A DNA stretch of 64,000 bases from Vicugna vicugna (taxonomy: Eukaryota): assembly GCA_013265495.1 (NCBI GenBank), contig MU058584.1, positions 7,034,407 to 7,098,406 on the forward strand. Reading direction: 5' to 3'. Position 1 is the stretch's first letter. Each line of letters starts with the position of its first letter. Made by a program: the position numbers and the translations under genes. The notes under the pieces were generated by a model that was given only the letters and a program-made list of their open reading frames with translations, made no database searches and had not been told where the DNA came from. Positions 51,164-63,749 of the stretch are shown one piece after another.

Positions 51164-53289
51164 GTATGTACGACATCCATCTCTAAAGGTCCTTGGTTAT
51201 TGCATGCAAGGGGACGTAAGTTAACAATACTCTCTTGATATTTTTACTAGTTTTGTGTAATAAGCCACAACAGTAAGCTGAGGAAATGGAATGATGTCAA
51301 ATTATACCTTAAAATTTTATTAGCTGCTAATACCAATTAGCAGTGGCTTGATATCCTCATATTTAAAGTGAGGCCTATTATGCTTGCGAATTTTGTCTTA
51401 AGAATACAAGAGAGCATTTTATAAAGTTTGTACTGAGTTCCTCTTAGAGATCTTAATAATTATTGGATATATTAGTTGTGTACAAAACAGTTAACTTGGT
51501 GTTGCATGTTTTTTTCTCCTAAATACTGGTAACAGTAAGAATGCTAATTTTCTGTCTTGTAAGTCATGTGTGAATTAAATGAATGCAATGTAGTAACTAA
51601 TATTTTATGAAGAGGTAATTGATTAATACAAGTGATTTTGATTTGATTTTTGTTTGATAATTTTTGAATAAGGGCAAAAGAGATTTTAGACAATACATGA
51701 TTTTTAATGTCAGGGAGTTTAGGCTTGTTTGGTTTGTTTTTTTAATCTCCTATTATGTTTATAATTTTGAGCTATGTTACTAATAACTTTTTTACAATTG
51801 AGTTATTTGGGAATATTTTAATCAGTTGTTCACCTCAAGATTTAAAAGGTTAAAAAGTACAGACGTGAAATTAAAAGGATTTTTTTAAGTGCATTTATTT
51901 ATCTCTTTGATACTGTTTGTTAAGTTTCATAACCTGGGCAGATATTTAACATCTACTTTTGCAGGGCTTTCTAATGGTTGCCAGTAAATCTTTTTGATTG
52001 TCTTTGGGAGAGGAAGAAGCTAAGTTGCTTTATATTGTGGCCAATGTTTATTTCTAGACTCTCTGTTTGAGTCTCCAGCCTCCTGACTGGGTGTCCCCTT
52101 GCCCCTCAGCTTCTTTTTAAGAGGCTTAATAAATACAAGTTTGAGAGGATAACATTTCATAAGACACCTTCTGCTTTGTGTCATCTCCACCTTTACCCAG
52201 TCCTTACTGTTTGCTGCCAGTTCCTACTCAACCTTTGTTGTTGTTTTCCCATTTGAATGACTGTCTCAACCTGTGTTTCGTACTGTATGTATGAACATTT
52301 TTACCTTGTTCTGTTCAAGGCAGTAGTCTCATTTCACATAAGCAAATAGAATATCATCATTAATTAATCTTCAGGCCAGTTGTTAATTCTTCAGAAAACA
52401 CTTCCACGTTGACTCCAAAAGGAAATAATATACATTTGAATTAAAGTAAATTTAAATTGCATTTGCTTACAACTTTCTCTAGTTTAATTTTTTTAACCTC
52501 TTTTTAATTGGGTAATTAATAAAGTATGAAAGTTCAACTATATGGATATTATTGGCAATATATTTGCCAAGGGTTTTGAAAAATGAATATAGTTAAGTAG
52601 TTATACTTTTTGGTTTCCTTGAATTTCAAAAAAATAGAATCTAAATTTTCTTGCTGCTTAAGAAATGAAATAAAGCCAACTGTGTGTGGCCTATATATTA
52701 TGCAAGTTTGATGAGCTATAATTTTATATGTTCCCAATACAGTAAAACTGGTATAAAAGGCATTGTAGTCTATAAAATTGCTCTAAAGCATAAAAGCTCA
52801 GATAGTGAAAGCGAATTGCATTTTGTCTAACTTACCAAGTGGTACTGGCGTGGGGGTTGGTTGGTTGTTTTACCCTCCAAGACTGTTGTTTTAAAGTAAA
52901 ACACATTTGAAACCAGCAAGGTGATTGTGAGGAAAAGGAAAGACTTAAACATAAAAATATCCTTTATTTTGTATTTATAGTAATAATATTAGGTTAAATT
53001 ATATACAGTATTTTAACAGGGAAGTAGAAAGATAAGTAATGTTTCTCAAATTCTTAAAGTCAGACTGAAATTTTAAAAGTTGGTACTTCAAGGACCTACA
53101 GGCTTCTTAACGATGTTTTAAAAAATCTTATTTGCGAAAAGTACCCTCATGTAAGTCATTGCCCCTGTGATTTTATAGATTATCTTGGATTTTCTTCTTG
53201 GCCCAATATTTTGACTAGTGGAACTAAAAACTTCAAACTCTCTGTACCTGGTCTTTCCTGTTCAAGGAGCCTCAGGATAGTTGAGGATC

Positions 53290-53598
53290 CACATCTGTGC
53301 TCTCCAGTTCAGTACCCACTAGTCACATGTAGTTACTGAGCACGTGAGTGTGGCTAATCCAAGTTGAAGTGTGTGTGCTTTAAGTGTAAAGTAAAATAGA
53401 TTCTGGATCTGAAATGTTAATTTTTTAAATTAAAACGTCTCAATTTTTATATTGGTTATAGGTTTTAACTGTAGACATAATTGGGTTGAATAAAATGTTA
53501 CTGAAATTAGTTTTGCCTCTTTATTTTTTTAAAGTGTGGCTACTAAAATTTTTTTAATTATATGTGGCTTGCATTTATATGTCTGTTGAACAGCACTG
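53290..53598. mobile_element. MER3/MER33-like hAT relic
   Basis: cccactagtcacatgtagttactgagcacgtgagtgtggctaatcc...tgtggcttgcatttatatgtctgttgaacagcactg. Confidence 0.7.
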
Positions 53599-54311
53599 CT
53601 CTTGATTGACATAAGACCCATTTTTACCTTTTACCAGACTTAGACTACCGCTAAAACCAGCAGCCACAAATGCAAATGGTGGCAGTCAGTGCCTCAAATG
53701 CTTGATGGGGTCTGGATGTGAAACAAGAAGTTTCTGCTGTACCCGAGCCTAAACCTAACTGATTACATTGCCTTTTAAAACAGTGTGAGCATAAAACAGC
53801 CAGCAAAAGGTGCCTGTCACCTGCCATTTGAGAACTGTCGGCTTAAAAAGAATGAAGAAAATGGGTATTAATGGAGGACCTTTAGTGTCTTTCCTCCTGG
53901 AATCAGAGCCCTAAGTTAGTCCTAAAGGGGCGTTGAATTTCAGTCTCTTGGTAGGAATAGGGACTCGTGTTTAGATAATATACGGTCACAGGAGCTGTGA
54001 CCGTATATTTCATTCAACTGTTTGCCAAAGCCTTCAACAAGCTCTCTGTTGAGACATAATTAAAGACCACTGCCTCCCAGTTTGAGTAAAGGAGCAGAGA
54101 TAAAGGGGAAAGTGAAAGGTTTGAAAGCCTTAGGGTCTTAATCTTCTATTTTTGTGGTTTTTAAAATACTATATTTGGAATATATATTTTTATATATGTG
54201 TATTAGCTCTATGTTAGCATGGGTTGTGGTTTTTTGTTTGTTTTTGATGTTTTTTGTTTGGTTTTTTTGTTTGTTGTTTTGCTCTAAAAGAAAATGTTCA
54301 TTTTGTTGCAG

Positions 54312-54513
54312 ATGGAGTCTGCGCGTAAGGCATGGGAGAATTCTCCAAACGTAAGGGAAAAGGGATCTCCAGTAACTTCCACAGCACCTCCAATTGCAAG
54401 TGGAGTCAGCAGTAGTGCCAGTGGACCAAGCACTGCTAATTACAGTTCGTTCTCAAGTGCATCAATGCCTCAGATTCCTGTTGCTTCAGTCACTCCCACA
54501 ACATCACTATCAG
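54312..54513 (+). CDS. PRRC2C: PRRC2C exon 25, MESARKAWENSP...TTSLS
   Basis: tgcag| acceptor, G|gtagaa donor; 202 nt. Confidence 0.94.
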
Positions 54514-56651
54514 GTAGAAGTCTTCTTGTACTTTTTCTTTAACTATCTTAAAATATTTAAAATTTCTTAGGATCTTTTCCTATGTACTATTCCCCAAACT
54601 ATTATGTATAAAAGATGTAAGATTGTCCATGAGATAATTAGCCGCTGTTTTATAAGCTTCTTGCCATTCTTCCTTCCCTCTCAGTCCTCTCCCAATTTTT
54701 GTTTGGCAAATATTTATTGAGGCTTACTAAAATACTTTGTTTGATCTTCTCTTCTTCCCACCCCACCCCCACTACAGATACTAGTAAGTAAGTAGTGGGA
54801 AAAGTTTTATTGTATTCTTCTAAATTTTTCTATTTTTCTACCTTTTTTAAATTATTTAACTCATATACAGCTAATTAGACCAACTCAGAAATAAAACAGA
54901 ATCACAAAGCTTTTAAATTTTTTGCAATCTCTACCTAATTTAAAGTAGCAATTGGCCTAAATCTATTGAGTTGACATCTTTTCTATTAGAATTAGGCAGG
55001 GTGGAGAATTGCCAGTCTCTGTTATTGGAGTGGATGAAATCCATTAGTTTTGAGATTTTGTTTGTTTTTAAGGAAATTCCATCAGCACCTCAAGTTAGAA
55101 AGTGTTTTTCTTAATTTTTCACTTGTGTGTAATCTTTGAACTATATCTCATGGGGCTTTATCATTCTTAAAGAATCAGAGACGATGTTTCTGAAATATTT
55201 GACTCTAGGAAAGTACACCCTTTTACCATGTTTATAACTATGTTTCGTTTGTTGAAAACATAACTTCATTTTAAGCTTTTCTAATATTCTCTAATGTTTC
55301 TACAACAGTAGGAAGCTCCTTTCCCAATACATGTGAAATATATCCAGCGGAGAATTTAATTTACTTTCCTTGACTGGTTTTCATTTAATGATTGCAGTAG
55401 TGATTTTCAATATTCTAGTTTTCTGTGCTAGTTTTAAGTACCAGATATTCCAATTATACTTCTTCCCTCTTTAATCCCTTTCAGGTACTCTCTACCACCC
55501 ATTTGCAAGGCATCTTCATTATGCTTACTTACCAGCTTGGGCACCAGTCTACTTGGGTGGCTAGAGAATGGGGATCCAGGAGGAGGGTAGGGTAGGAAGA
55601 TTGGGAAACAAAGGGACTGGGAAAGTTCTTACTTCTTTGGAACCCAGCTACTTCTTTCCTCAGGGTCTGGTTTCCCCCGACTCCCCTCAACTAGGATAAA
55701 TGTTTAACAGAGACCTTCTTGCCTCGTCATCCTACTGGTGGAGACTCAGGTAGAGCAACAGAGGGACCTCAATCTTGGACCTCCCTTAGATGGAACATTG
55801 TTTGAGGTCTGAAAATAATAACTGCTGCCTCTCACTTTTGAGCCAATTACCAGTGTTGTCATTTGTCCTGTTACTGCAGTCATTACAGCTCACTGATCAG
55901 CAGAACGAATTGACCCTTCAAGAGCTAAAGTTTTATAATTCCACTTATTTATTAATAGTTTGTTTTGTTTTCAAGGTATTATTATATCCCAGTTTTTGCT
56001 GGTGTGTATACAGGAAGGGAAAGAGAGAGCTATAACCTTAAGTTTATACGACTGTTTAGGAGTGATTTACGTTGTATTTTTTACATTGGATTAATAATTA
56101 TTCTTATGGTGCAGCACTTTGTCCTTCTGTGTTCTTATGTCTGTGCCTGGCCTTTAATAGATGTGCAAATATTTGTTTCTAAATGGATGAAGCTCTGAAG
56201 ATTATCCTTGAGATATTTGACCAGAAAAATGGGGGGAAAGTTTAACCTTAAATTTAATGACTTTAGGAGCAATTGTGATCTCTCAAGGCCCACTTATATT
56301 CACAGTTACTCCTAAGGTGCAGCAGTTTGTTCTTCTGTATTCTTATATTTATGCCTGGCCGTAAATGAATAAAGCTCTTGACTGTAAATTTTCTCATTTT
56401 AATTTTCTGTTGTTTATATTTCTCCAGATTTTATAGTCTTGTTTGCATTTGGTGATAAGTGTTTCTTTCATAAGCCACCTCATCTACTTTTGGCATGAGG
56501 TGTGGTATATAAGTACATAATAAGTACATGGTAGACATAAATACTAAATTTCCCTGTTTCTGATTGGTGCTTGAGTTGACTGTTAACAAACAACAATGGT
56601 ACTTTAAAATCCGTTACATTTTCCCCTTTTTTATCCCTCTCCCAAATGTAG

Positions 56652-56855
56652 GAGCTGGTACATATACTACCTCTTCTTTGAGTACAAAATCTACAACCAC
56701 ATCAGACCCTCCTAATATTTGTAAAGTGAAACCCCAGCAATTACAGACGAGCAGCCTGCCTTCTGCAAGTCATTTTTCACAGTTAAGCTGTATGCCTTCT
56801 CTTATTGCACAGCAGCAACAGAGTCCACAAGTCTACGTGTCTCAGTCTGCAGCCG
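56652..56855 (+). CDS. PRRC2C: PRRC2C exon 26, GAGTYTTSS...PPNICKVKPQQ...SQSAA
   Basis: tgtag| acceptor, G|gtaaga donor; 204 nt. Confidence 0.95.
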
Positions 56856-57106
56856 GTAAGATTTTTAGGATTGAATATAAGGAATTTAGAAAATGAAGGA
56901 CATCTTTTTTTGTTTTGGGGATGAAAGACATCTTAAATGCTTGTTTTTTTCTTCTTCCTCTTACCCGTTCAAGATTATTTTTTGATCTACTTTGTAAATT
57001 TGTTTCTTCTTAGAGTTAAATGCTGCCTCTCTTTCATAAGCACTCTGGGGCTCTTGGGAATTGTTTCTTACACATGTTACATATACAGTAGACAGATTGC
57101 TGTCAT

Positions 57107-57385
57107 ACAGTCAGCCCTTTGTTTCTGTGGGCTTCACATCTACAGATTTAACCAACCATGGATCAAAAATACGCAAAAAAAATTCCATACAAGTTCCAAG
57201 AATATGAGTTTTCTGTGTGCTGGCAACTATCTGCATTGCATTATATTAGGTATTATAAGTAATCTAGAGATGATTCAAAGTATAGTGGAGGATGTATTTG
57301 TGTTATATGCAAATACTGTACCCTAATTTACATGAGACTTCAGTATCTGCAGATTGTATGGGGTCCTGGAACCAATCCCCTGCAG
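57107..57385. mobile_element. MER2-like (TcMar-Tigger) element
   Basis: tacagtcagccctttg...aaccaaccatggatcaaaaata...ggtattataagtaatctagagatgatt...ggggtcctggaaccaatcccctgcaga. Confidence 0.8.
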
Positions 57386-58412
57386 AAGTTTGTCATCTGA
57401 AACTTAACAATTGATGATAAAGTTCATGAGAAGAATAAATCTAAGAATAGCAAAGAAGAAAAAATTACATATGCAGGGGGGTAACTTGTTATTCTAAATA
57501 TCATAATGCTGATCTGAGTTAAATAGTAAATATCTGAAAAACATTCAAGCTCACTAATGATGTAAATTCAAAATAAAAGAACAGTGAGGCTATTTCTTGC
57601 CTTTCCATGTGGGAAATATTAGAAAGATTGATAATATCCAGCATATTTAATACCCCCTATCTATAAAGATTGCACGTATTATTAATCCTCTTAAAGTACA
57701 TTGCTAGTAAGCATATAAACTGGCATAATTCCTTTAGAAAAGTACCTCAGTATTTTATGTGTACATACCATAGTAACAGTTTCATACTTAGGAATCTTAT
57801 ACAGATAAACCTACTTGTTAATCAGAGATAATATGTTTGAAGGTGTTCATTTGTTGCAGTATTGTTTATCATGGTAACAGATTTAAAACAACATGAAAAA
57901 AAAAAACAACATGAGAAGTTCTCCAAAAGCATATTATTGTATAAGAACAGCATGTCACAAAATAGTGTGGATACAGAAATCTGTTAATCTATACCAAATT
58001 CTTTCAATTATTAAATGTCAGTTCTTTTGAAATACTTTGCTTAGTTTTAGTAGGTAGATTTAAAATTGGAGTGGGTTTGCTGGTAAATGGGTAGATTTGT
58101 TTTCAGTTTTAGTGGATTATGTAAAATACTTTAAAATACTAGTTTTGCCCCTTTGGCAGTGTATGAGAGTGTCTGCTTTCCCATACCTTCACAAGTGCTA
58201 GTTTCATTGTTTTAATTTGCATATACCTCACTGATAGAAGTTTCACATCTTTTTGCATTTGTATCTTTTCACATTTCTAGTTTTTCCTTGGTTGTATTTT
58301 CAGAGGGCCCACTTAATTTGGAATCTGCTACAAAGCTTAGTTTTAGTTACCATTTGGAAAGTTTTGAAGTTTAGGTACTTAATTACTGCTTATTTTTCCT
58401 GATGATCTGTAG

Positions 58413-58525
58413 CTCAAATCCCAGCTTTCTACATGGACACAAGTCATTTATTCAATACGCAACATGCACGATTGGCCCCACCATCCCTGGCTCAGCAACA
58501 AGGCTTCCAGCCAGGTCTCTCCCAG
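58413..58525 (+). CDS. PRRC2C: PRRC2C exon 27, AQIPAFYMDTSHLF...PGLSQ
   Basis: tgtag| acceptor, CAG|gtaaat donor; 113 nt. Confidence 0.94.
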
Positions 58526-58763
58526 GTAAATGTCACGGACTTCTTCCACCTTGTATTTATTTCTTGACATTTTTATAGTGCGATAGTTATTTTGGGCTCA
58601 GTGTAGAACTAGTAATGGGTTGAAAGGCAATTTTAGATGTTTATATTTGGTTTTGTTTCAATGGGGAACTGATATCTTCTTTGTTTCATATCTCAAATTT
58701 TAATTTTTCCAAAGTAATCGTGTGTATATGGCTTTCATGTATTGTTTTCTCATTGCACTGCAG

Positions 58764-58900
58764 CCAGCTTCAGTTCAGCAGATTCCGATCCCTATTTATG
58801 CTCCACTGCAAGGACAGCATCAAGCCCAGCTGAGTCTGGGTGCTGGACCTGCTGTGTCCCAGGCTCAGGAACTATTCAGTTCTTCACTTCAGCCATACAG
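58764..58900 (+). CDS. PRRC2C: PRRC2C exon 28, PASVQQIPIPIYAP...LQPYR
   Basis: tgcag| acceptor, AG|gtaaat donor; 137 nt. Confidence 0.94.
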
Positions 58901-60965
58901 GTAAATGCTTTGAGGTTAAGTTTGTGATGTTGCAAACGATGTAATTGCTGAGCCTTTTTGTCATATCCCTGCTGCTCCCTCCTTCCCCCCAAAAGCTAGA
59001 ATGACCCTGTTACAAACTGCATTAAATAGTTATGTGTGTTGATTATATGTCATGAACTGCAGCCTCTGGTCATTTCACTCAGACTTTGTTGAACGAAGTC
59101 AAGCTTCAAAGCTTCTTGAAGAAGAGGCTAACAGCAATCCCATAACAATTAGAAATCACAGAAAACAGCTGTGAAAGGACCTAAAAGTTGGTGTCATCTC
59201 ACTGCTGACATTCATAAATCCAGGCCCGCTCTGTGTGTGCTGAGACAATGACAGATAAAAACAGTGCCTAAGGAGGCGGAGGCAAGGGTGGAGCATAATG
59301 AAAGAGACAGAAGTAGTGTCAGACAGAGAATAGGACTAGTGGTAGTAATAATGGTGGTGCGTATGCTGTGTGGTGCAGAAGAAACCATTATACTGAAAGA
59401 TTAACTGTAAGTTTTCTTTGCAATTAAGCAAGTAATGAAAACTGATCTTTAGTGAACTTTCTTTGTATATGATAGCTATTCAGCCCTTTACATGCATAAA
59501 CTTAATTTAATTTAGTCCTGACAAAATCATGTAAGTTAGATTGAGTCATCCCTACTTGACATTTGAAGGGGTTGGGTTCTTTTTTACCTCATGTTACACT
59601 ACGTATAAGTGGCAGAGTCTGGATTTAACCCCATGTGTCTCTTATCTCCGGCTTAATGAGAGTGGGAGGGTAGGGTAAGAGTCAGAAGATAACCCTGATC
59701 CAGGCACAGCTCGGTCATCATCATGGTATACCTGTCATCAATACCCAGGATAATGGCCCTAAACCATCAAAAAGAAAAACTCCTCTCAGGACATTTATGT
59801 AAAGGATGTTGCAAAATTATGCACTTGCTTTTAGAAACTTGTTTTTGAAGTCAGGTGGAATTTCCGTACTTTATAAATTAAACTTGGCATCAATTGATAC
59901 AGCTCATTTCTTGCAGATTACCTGTTATACTCCTAACAGAAGCTAGGTTCAGCTAATCAAACTTTCTCAAAAGATGAGAATTATTATTAATAAACTTAAT
60001 AAATGTGGCTCTCACTTTTTTTTGATTAAAGATTCTTCAGTAGAATTTAGTACATCTGTATAATTATTTGTATGGTATGTTTCATTTTCTGGTATCAGTC
60101 TGTGATTTAGCTTGGTTATTCCAAGAAATTCTCTGAACAAGTAAAGCTGTTTAGTCCAACTAGAATTAGAGGCAGTCTCCCATGTTGTTAAATTTGGGAA
60201 TCTCTTGAAATTTGTAGTAAAATAAGCTTTAAAATTGCACTAGATTTAGAAACAGTAGAATAGATTGTCTCACAAACCAATCTCCTTTTGATTGGTACTG
60301 GCGGTTTGAAACATTGAAAAGTTCGCAGCTGATTTTCAGCTCTGTTAAAAAGAGTTCAGTGATTAGTCTTCCATAACCATGGGAGATGGATAGTAGTACA
60401 CTGACATTCTGTATTTGTAATCCTCATTTTAACAGTTGCCTTGGAAGATGTACTTTTAAAGATCAAATTTGTTCAGTAGAAATATAATGTAAGTTGGGTA
60501 TGTAGTTGTGGCAAATGGCTACTTGGAAGGCACCAGTTTAGACTTTGAAAGTAATTGTATTCCTACCACATCATTCTGCTGTTTCTTGTTCTGAATGTAA
60601 TTGGCATGGTATTTGTTAACAGGGAGTCCCTGAATTTATTTCTGCCTGGACAGGGTACTTAGTAACAGTATACTTATGTATTCTTCCCATTTTATATTTG
60701 AAGCAAATTATAAGTAGACATTGTAAAGGTAAACTTGTGGCCCTAGACTAGCAAGCACTCCTGCTTAATGGGTTTTGTTTCTGCTGCATGTGTCAGTTTT
60801 AACAAAGCATTAGTGTTACTTGAGTATATTATCTTTAATCCACTACTTTGATTTAGTTTGTATCTTAGCATTTTTTAAAGTAAAAATTGGAGGTCTCCAC
60901 CCAGAAATAATAGGACAGTCCAAGGTTAGATTCCAGTGTTTATTTTAAAAAGAGAGAATACTTTT

Positions 60966-61273
60966 AAAATATGCAATACAGTGTTACTAACTATAGTCAC
61001 TAAGCTGTACATTCTGTGGCTTATTTATTTTATAACTGGAGGTTTAAACTCTTTGACCATAATGCTGTGTTGCATATTTGAACATTGCTAAGGGAGTAGA
61101 TCTTGAAGTTCTTATCAGAAGAAAAATTTCATAAGTATGTGTGGTAACAGGTGTTAACTAGTCATTGTTGTGATCATTTTGCATACATATGAATTCCAAA
61201 TCATTATGTTGTACACCTGAAACTAATGTAATAAGTCCAGTATACCTCAGTTAACAAAACAACAGCAAAAAAA
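60966..61273. mobile_element. L1MA-type 3' end with 5' inversion
   Basis: Antisense L1 segment 60966-61059 followed by a sense segment ending in tgtacacctgaaactaat...A-rich tail. Confidence 0.75.
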
Positions 61274-61566
61274 TTGTGGGTAATCCTGTTGTGTACTGTT
61301 ACTCTGCTTCATTCCATAGAGGTCTTGAAGACCTCTTATAGGAGGGAGGGAGATAGATATATAAAGGGAAGTAATGAGATACAGATAATAAAAGTCAGAG
61401 CTATTGGTGCTATAAATTTGAATAGAATGTCAATACCAAAGACAAAAACAGCATATTTGGTTCTGAGTTTGCTAGTGGGCACATGGAAAGAGAATTTTTC
61501 TCATTGTTAAAGAGAAGGAAATCTCACCATTTTCTCAGGAAGAGCAAGCGTTTTCCCAAACTTTTT

Positions 61567-61684
61567 AAAAGATTTTTGAGGGGGGGTTGGGCTGGTTGGT
61601 TTGTTTTTAGTGGAGGTACTAGGCATTGAACCGAGGACCTCGTGCATGCTAGGCATGCACTCTGCTGCTGAGCTATGCCCTCCC
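61567..61684 (-). mobile_element. vic-1-type SINE
   Basis: ggaggtactaggcattgaaccgaggacctcgtgcatgctaggcatgcactct...gagctatgccctccc; TSD-like tttcccaaacttttta / tttcccagagctttta. Confidence 0.9.
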
Positions 61685-61870
61685 ATTTCCCAGAGCTTTT
61701 ACATGTGGAGCTTCATTGTATACAGGGCTCTTAATCTTGAAACTAGTGCCTTAGACACAGTCTGTATTCCCTACCTCTTTAATTATGCCAATTAGAGTAC
61801 ACAGTCATTCTTAAGATTCCAGATAGAATTAACTTCTAACACAAGCCTTTTCTCTTTAATACTTATATAG

Positions 61871-62102
61871 ATCTCAGCCAGCTTTTATGCAAAGCAGTCT
61901 ATCCCAGCCATCTGTGGTCCTTTCTGGTACTGCCATCCATAACTTTCCAGCTGTCCAACACCAGGAACTTGCCAAGGCACAGTCGGGTCTTGCCTTTCAA
62001 CAAACTTCAAATACTCAGCCTATTCCTATATTGTATGAACATCAGCTGGGCCAGGCGTCAGGACTCGGAGGTTCCCAGCTCATCGATACACATCTTCTCC
62101 AG
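61871..62102 (+). CDS. PRRC2C: PRRC2C exon 29, SQPAFMQSS...IDTHLLQ
   Basis: tatag| acceptor, CAG|gtacgg donor; 232 nt. Confidence 0.94.
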
Positions 62103-62330
62103 GTACGGCAGGGACCAGAGTCATGCATTGTCACTGTATTCCTATGCAACAGGTTATTTAAGGAAAGTAATTTTTAAAGAAAAATTGTTAAAAGACAGAT
62201 TGAAAAAAACAAATCTTCATTTCTATCTAATAATAAAATTCTTAGAGATTGCTTTGAAGCCATAACCTTGATATCTGAATTGGAAATTTTTTTCAATCTT
62301 ATTGCTGTTTTCTTACAAATTTTTTTCTAG

Positions 62331-62438
62331 GCTAGAGCGAATCTTACCCAGGCTTCAAATCTTTATTCTGGACAAGTTCAACAGCCTGGTCAGACAAATT
62401 TTTATAACACTGCCCAGTCACCGAGTGCTCTCCAGCAG
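62331..62438 (+). CDS. PRRC2C: PRRC2C exon 30, ARANLTQAS...SPSALQQ
   Basis: tctag| acceptor, CAG|gtaaac donor (alternative donor after 62453); 108 nt. Confidence 0.93.
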
Positions 62439-63530
62439 GTAAACTATGGCATGGTAAATTTCCTCAGTTTTCTTTACTATTATTGTCGATGTCACTGTTG
62501 CTGCTGCTTTTGTTGTTTGAGAGTTTAAGTAGAACCAGGATTGGGAGGTGGTGCAGTGGTTTCAGACTTTTCTCTGAGGTGTCCTTAGGAATTCCATGGG
62601 GCCCACTGGCAGTGGGATGTGCGTCATTCCTCCAGCACCCCTCTCCCTACGCACACTTCAATCAATTATACTTTTTACCTCTTTTTAAAATGGGTTTCTT
62701 TGTAATCACTTATTTTTACAAAGATTCCACAAATGTAAAAGTTTGAAAACCATTGTCCAGGATATACACTTACACGTAAGTGTGGTGAATGCTTTACCCA
62801 TTTGTGCTAGAAGTGAAGGAAGACTGAAGACCACCATACTGGTTAATATAACATGTAGGACTTTGGCAGAATCTGACAGAGTATAAATGATAAACACGTT
62901 TCTTCAGCATATCAATGTAATTATGTTCAGTGAAAAAAATGTGTTTTTATAAAACTGTCCCCTCCAGCAATGTCATTAGCTTCCTCTTTGAAAGGTGGTG
63001 AAGGGCTAGAGGAGAGACACGCCATTAGTCATTTCCTCACAACTGTTTTTGGGGGCTGTTTTAGGCGGGGACAGTTCAAAATATATCACCTTATTGACAT
63101 TCAGATTAACTACTGTTTGTATGAAAACTGAAAAGAAAGTTCATTTTTCTTGTCAAAGCTCATTTTGACCAGACCCGAAATGGCATAAAAATGTCTATTT
63201 GGGAAGTTGTAACTACTTCCACTTGTATCCTCATGATTTGACTGTATTTTGTGGTTGTTTGACGTAAGCTGTGGGTTAGTTCAAAGATAGTCATAATTAT
63301 TTCATTTATATAGTTTCTTCACAGCTACTCTGTTTTATTATTGCAGCTTTAATAAAAGAATGGAGATAGTCACTAAGCAAAAAGTATATATATGAAATAG
63401 GTTAACAGATTGAAGTATTCTTTTCAAAACCTTACTCAACAGTATTGGAAGAGTCATGTATATAGTTATAGGGACATAAATGCAACAGGTCTAAGCAAAC
63501 TGCTGCAGCTTCTGTTTGCTTCTTTGCTAG

Positions 63531-63749
63531 GTTACAGTACCTTTACCAGCATCCCAGCTGTCCCTGCCTAATTTTGGATCTACGGGGCAGCCTTTAATTG
63601 CTCTGCCTCAGACTCTTCAGCCCCCGTTACAGCATACGACCCCGCAAGCACCGGCCCAGAGCCTGAGTCGTCCTGCGCAAGTAAGCCAGCCTTTCAGAGG
63701 GCTGATACCTGCTGGAGCGCAGCACAGCATGATCGCGACCACAGGGAAA
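63531..63749 (+). CDS. PRRC2C: PRRC2C exon 31, VTVPLPASQLSL...MIATTGK
   Basis: gctag| acceptor, AAA|gtaagc donor; 219 nt. Confidence 0.94.

Noticed and set aside
52722..52756. Possible stop-containing micro-exon cag|TAAAACTG|gtataa in intron 24
   Set aside because: Weak donor and modest pyrimidine tract; not supportable from sequence alone.
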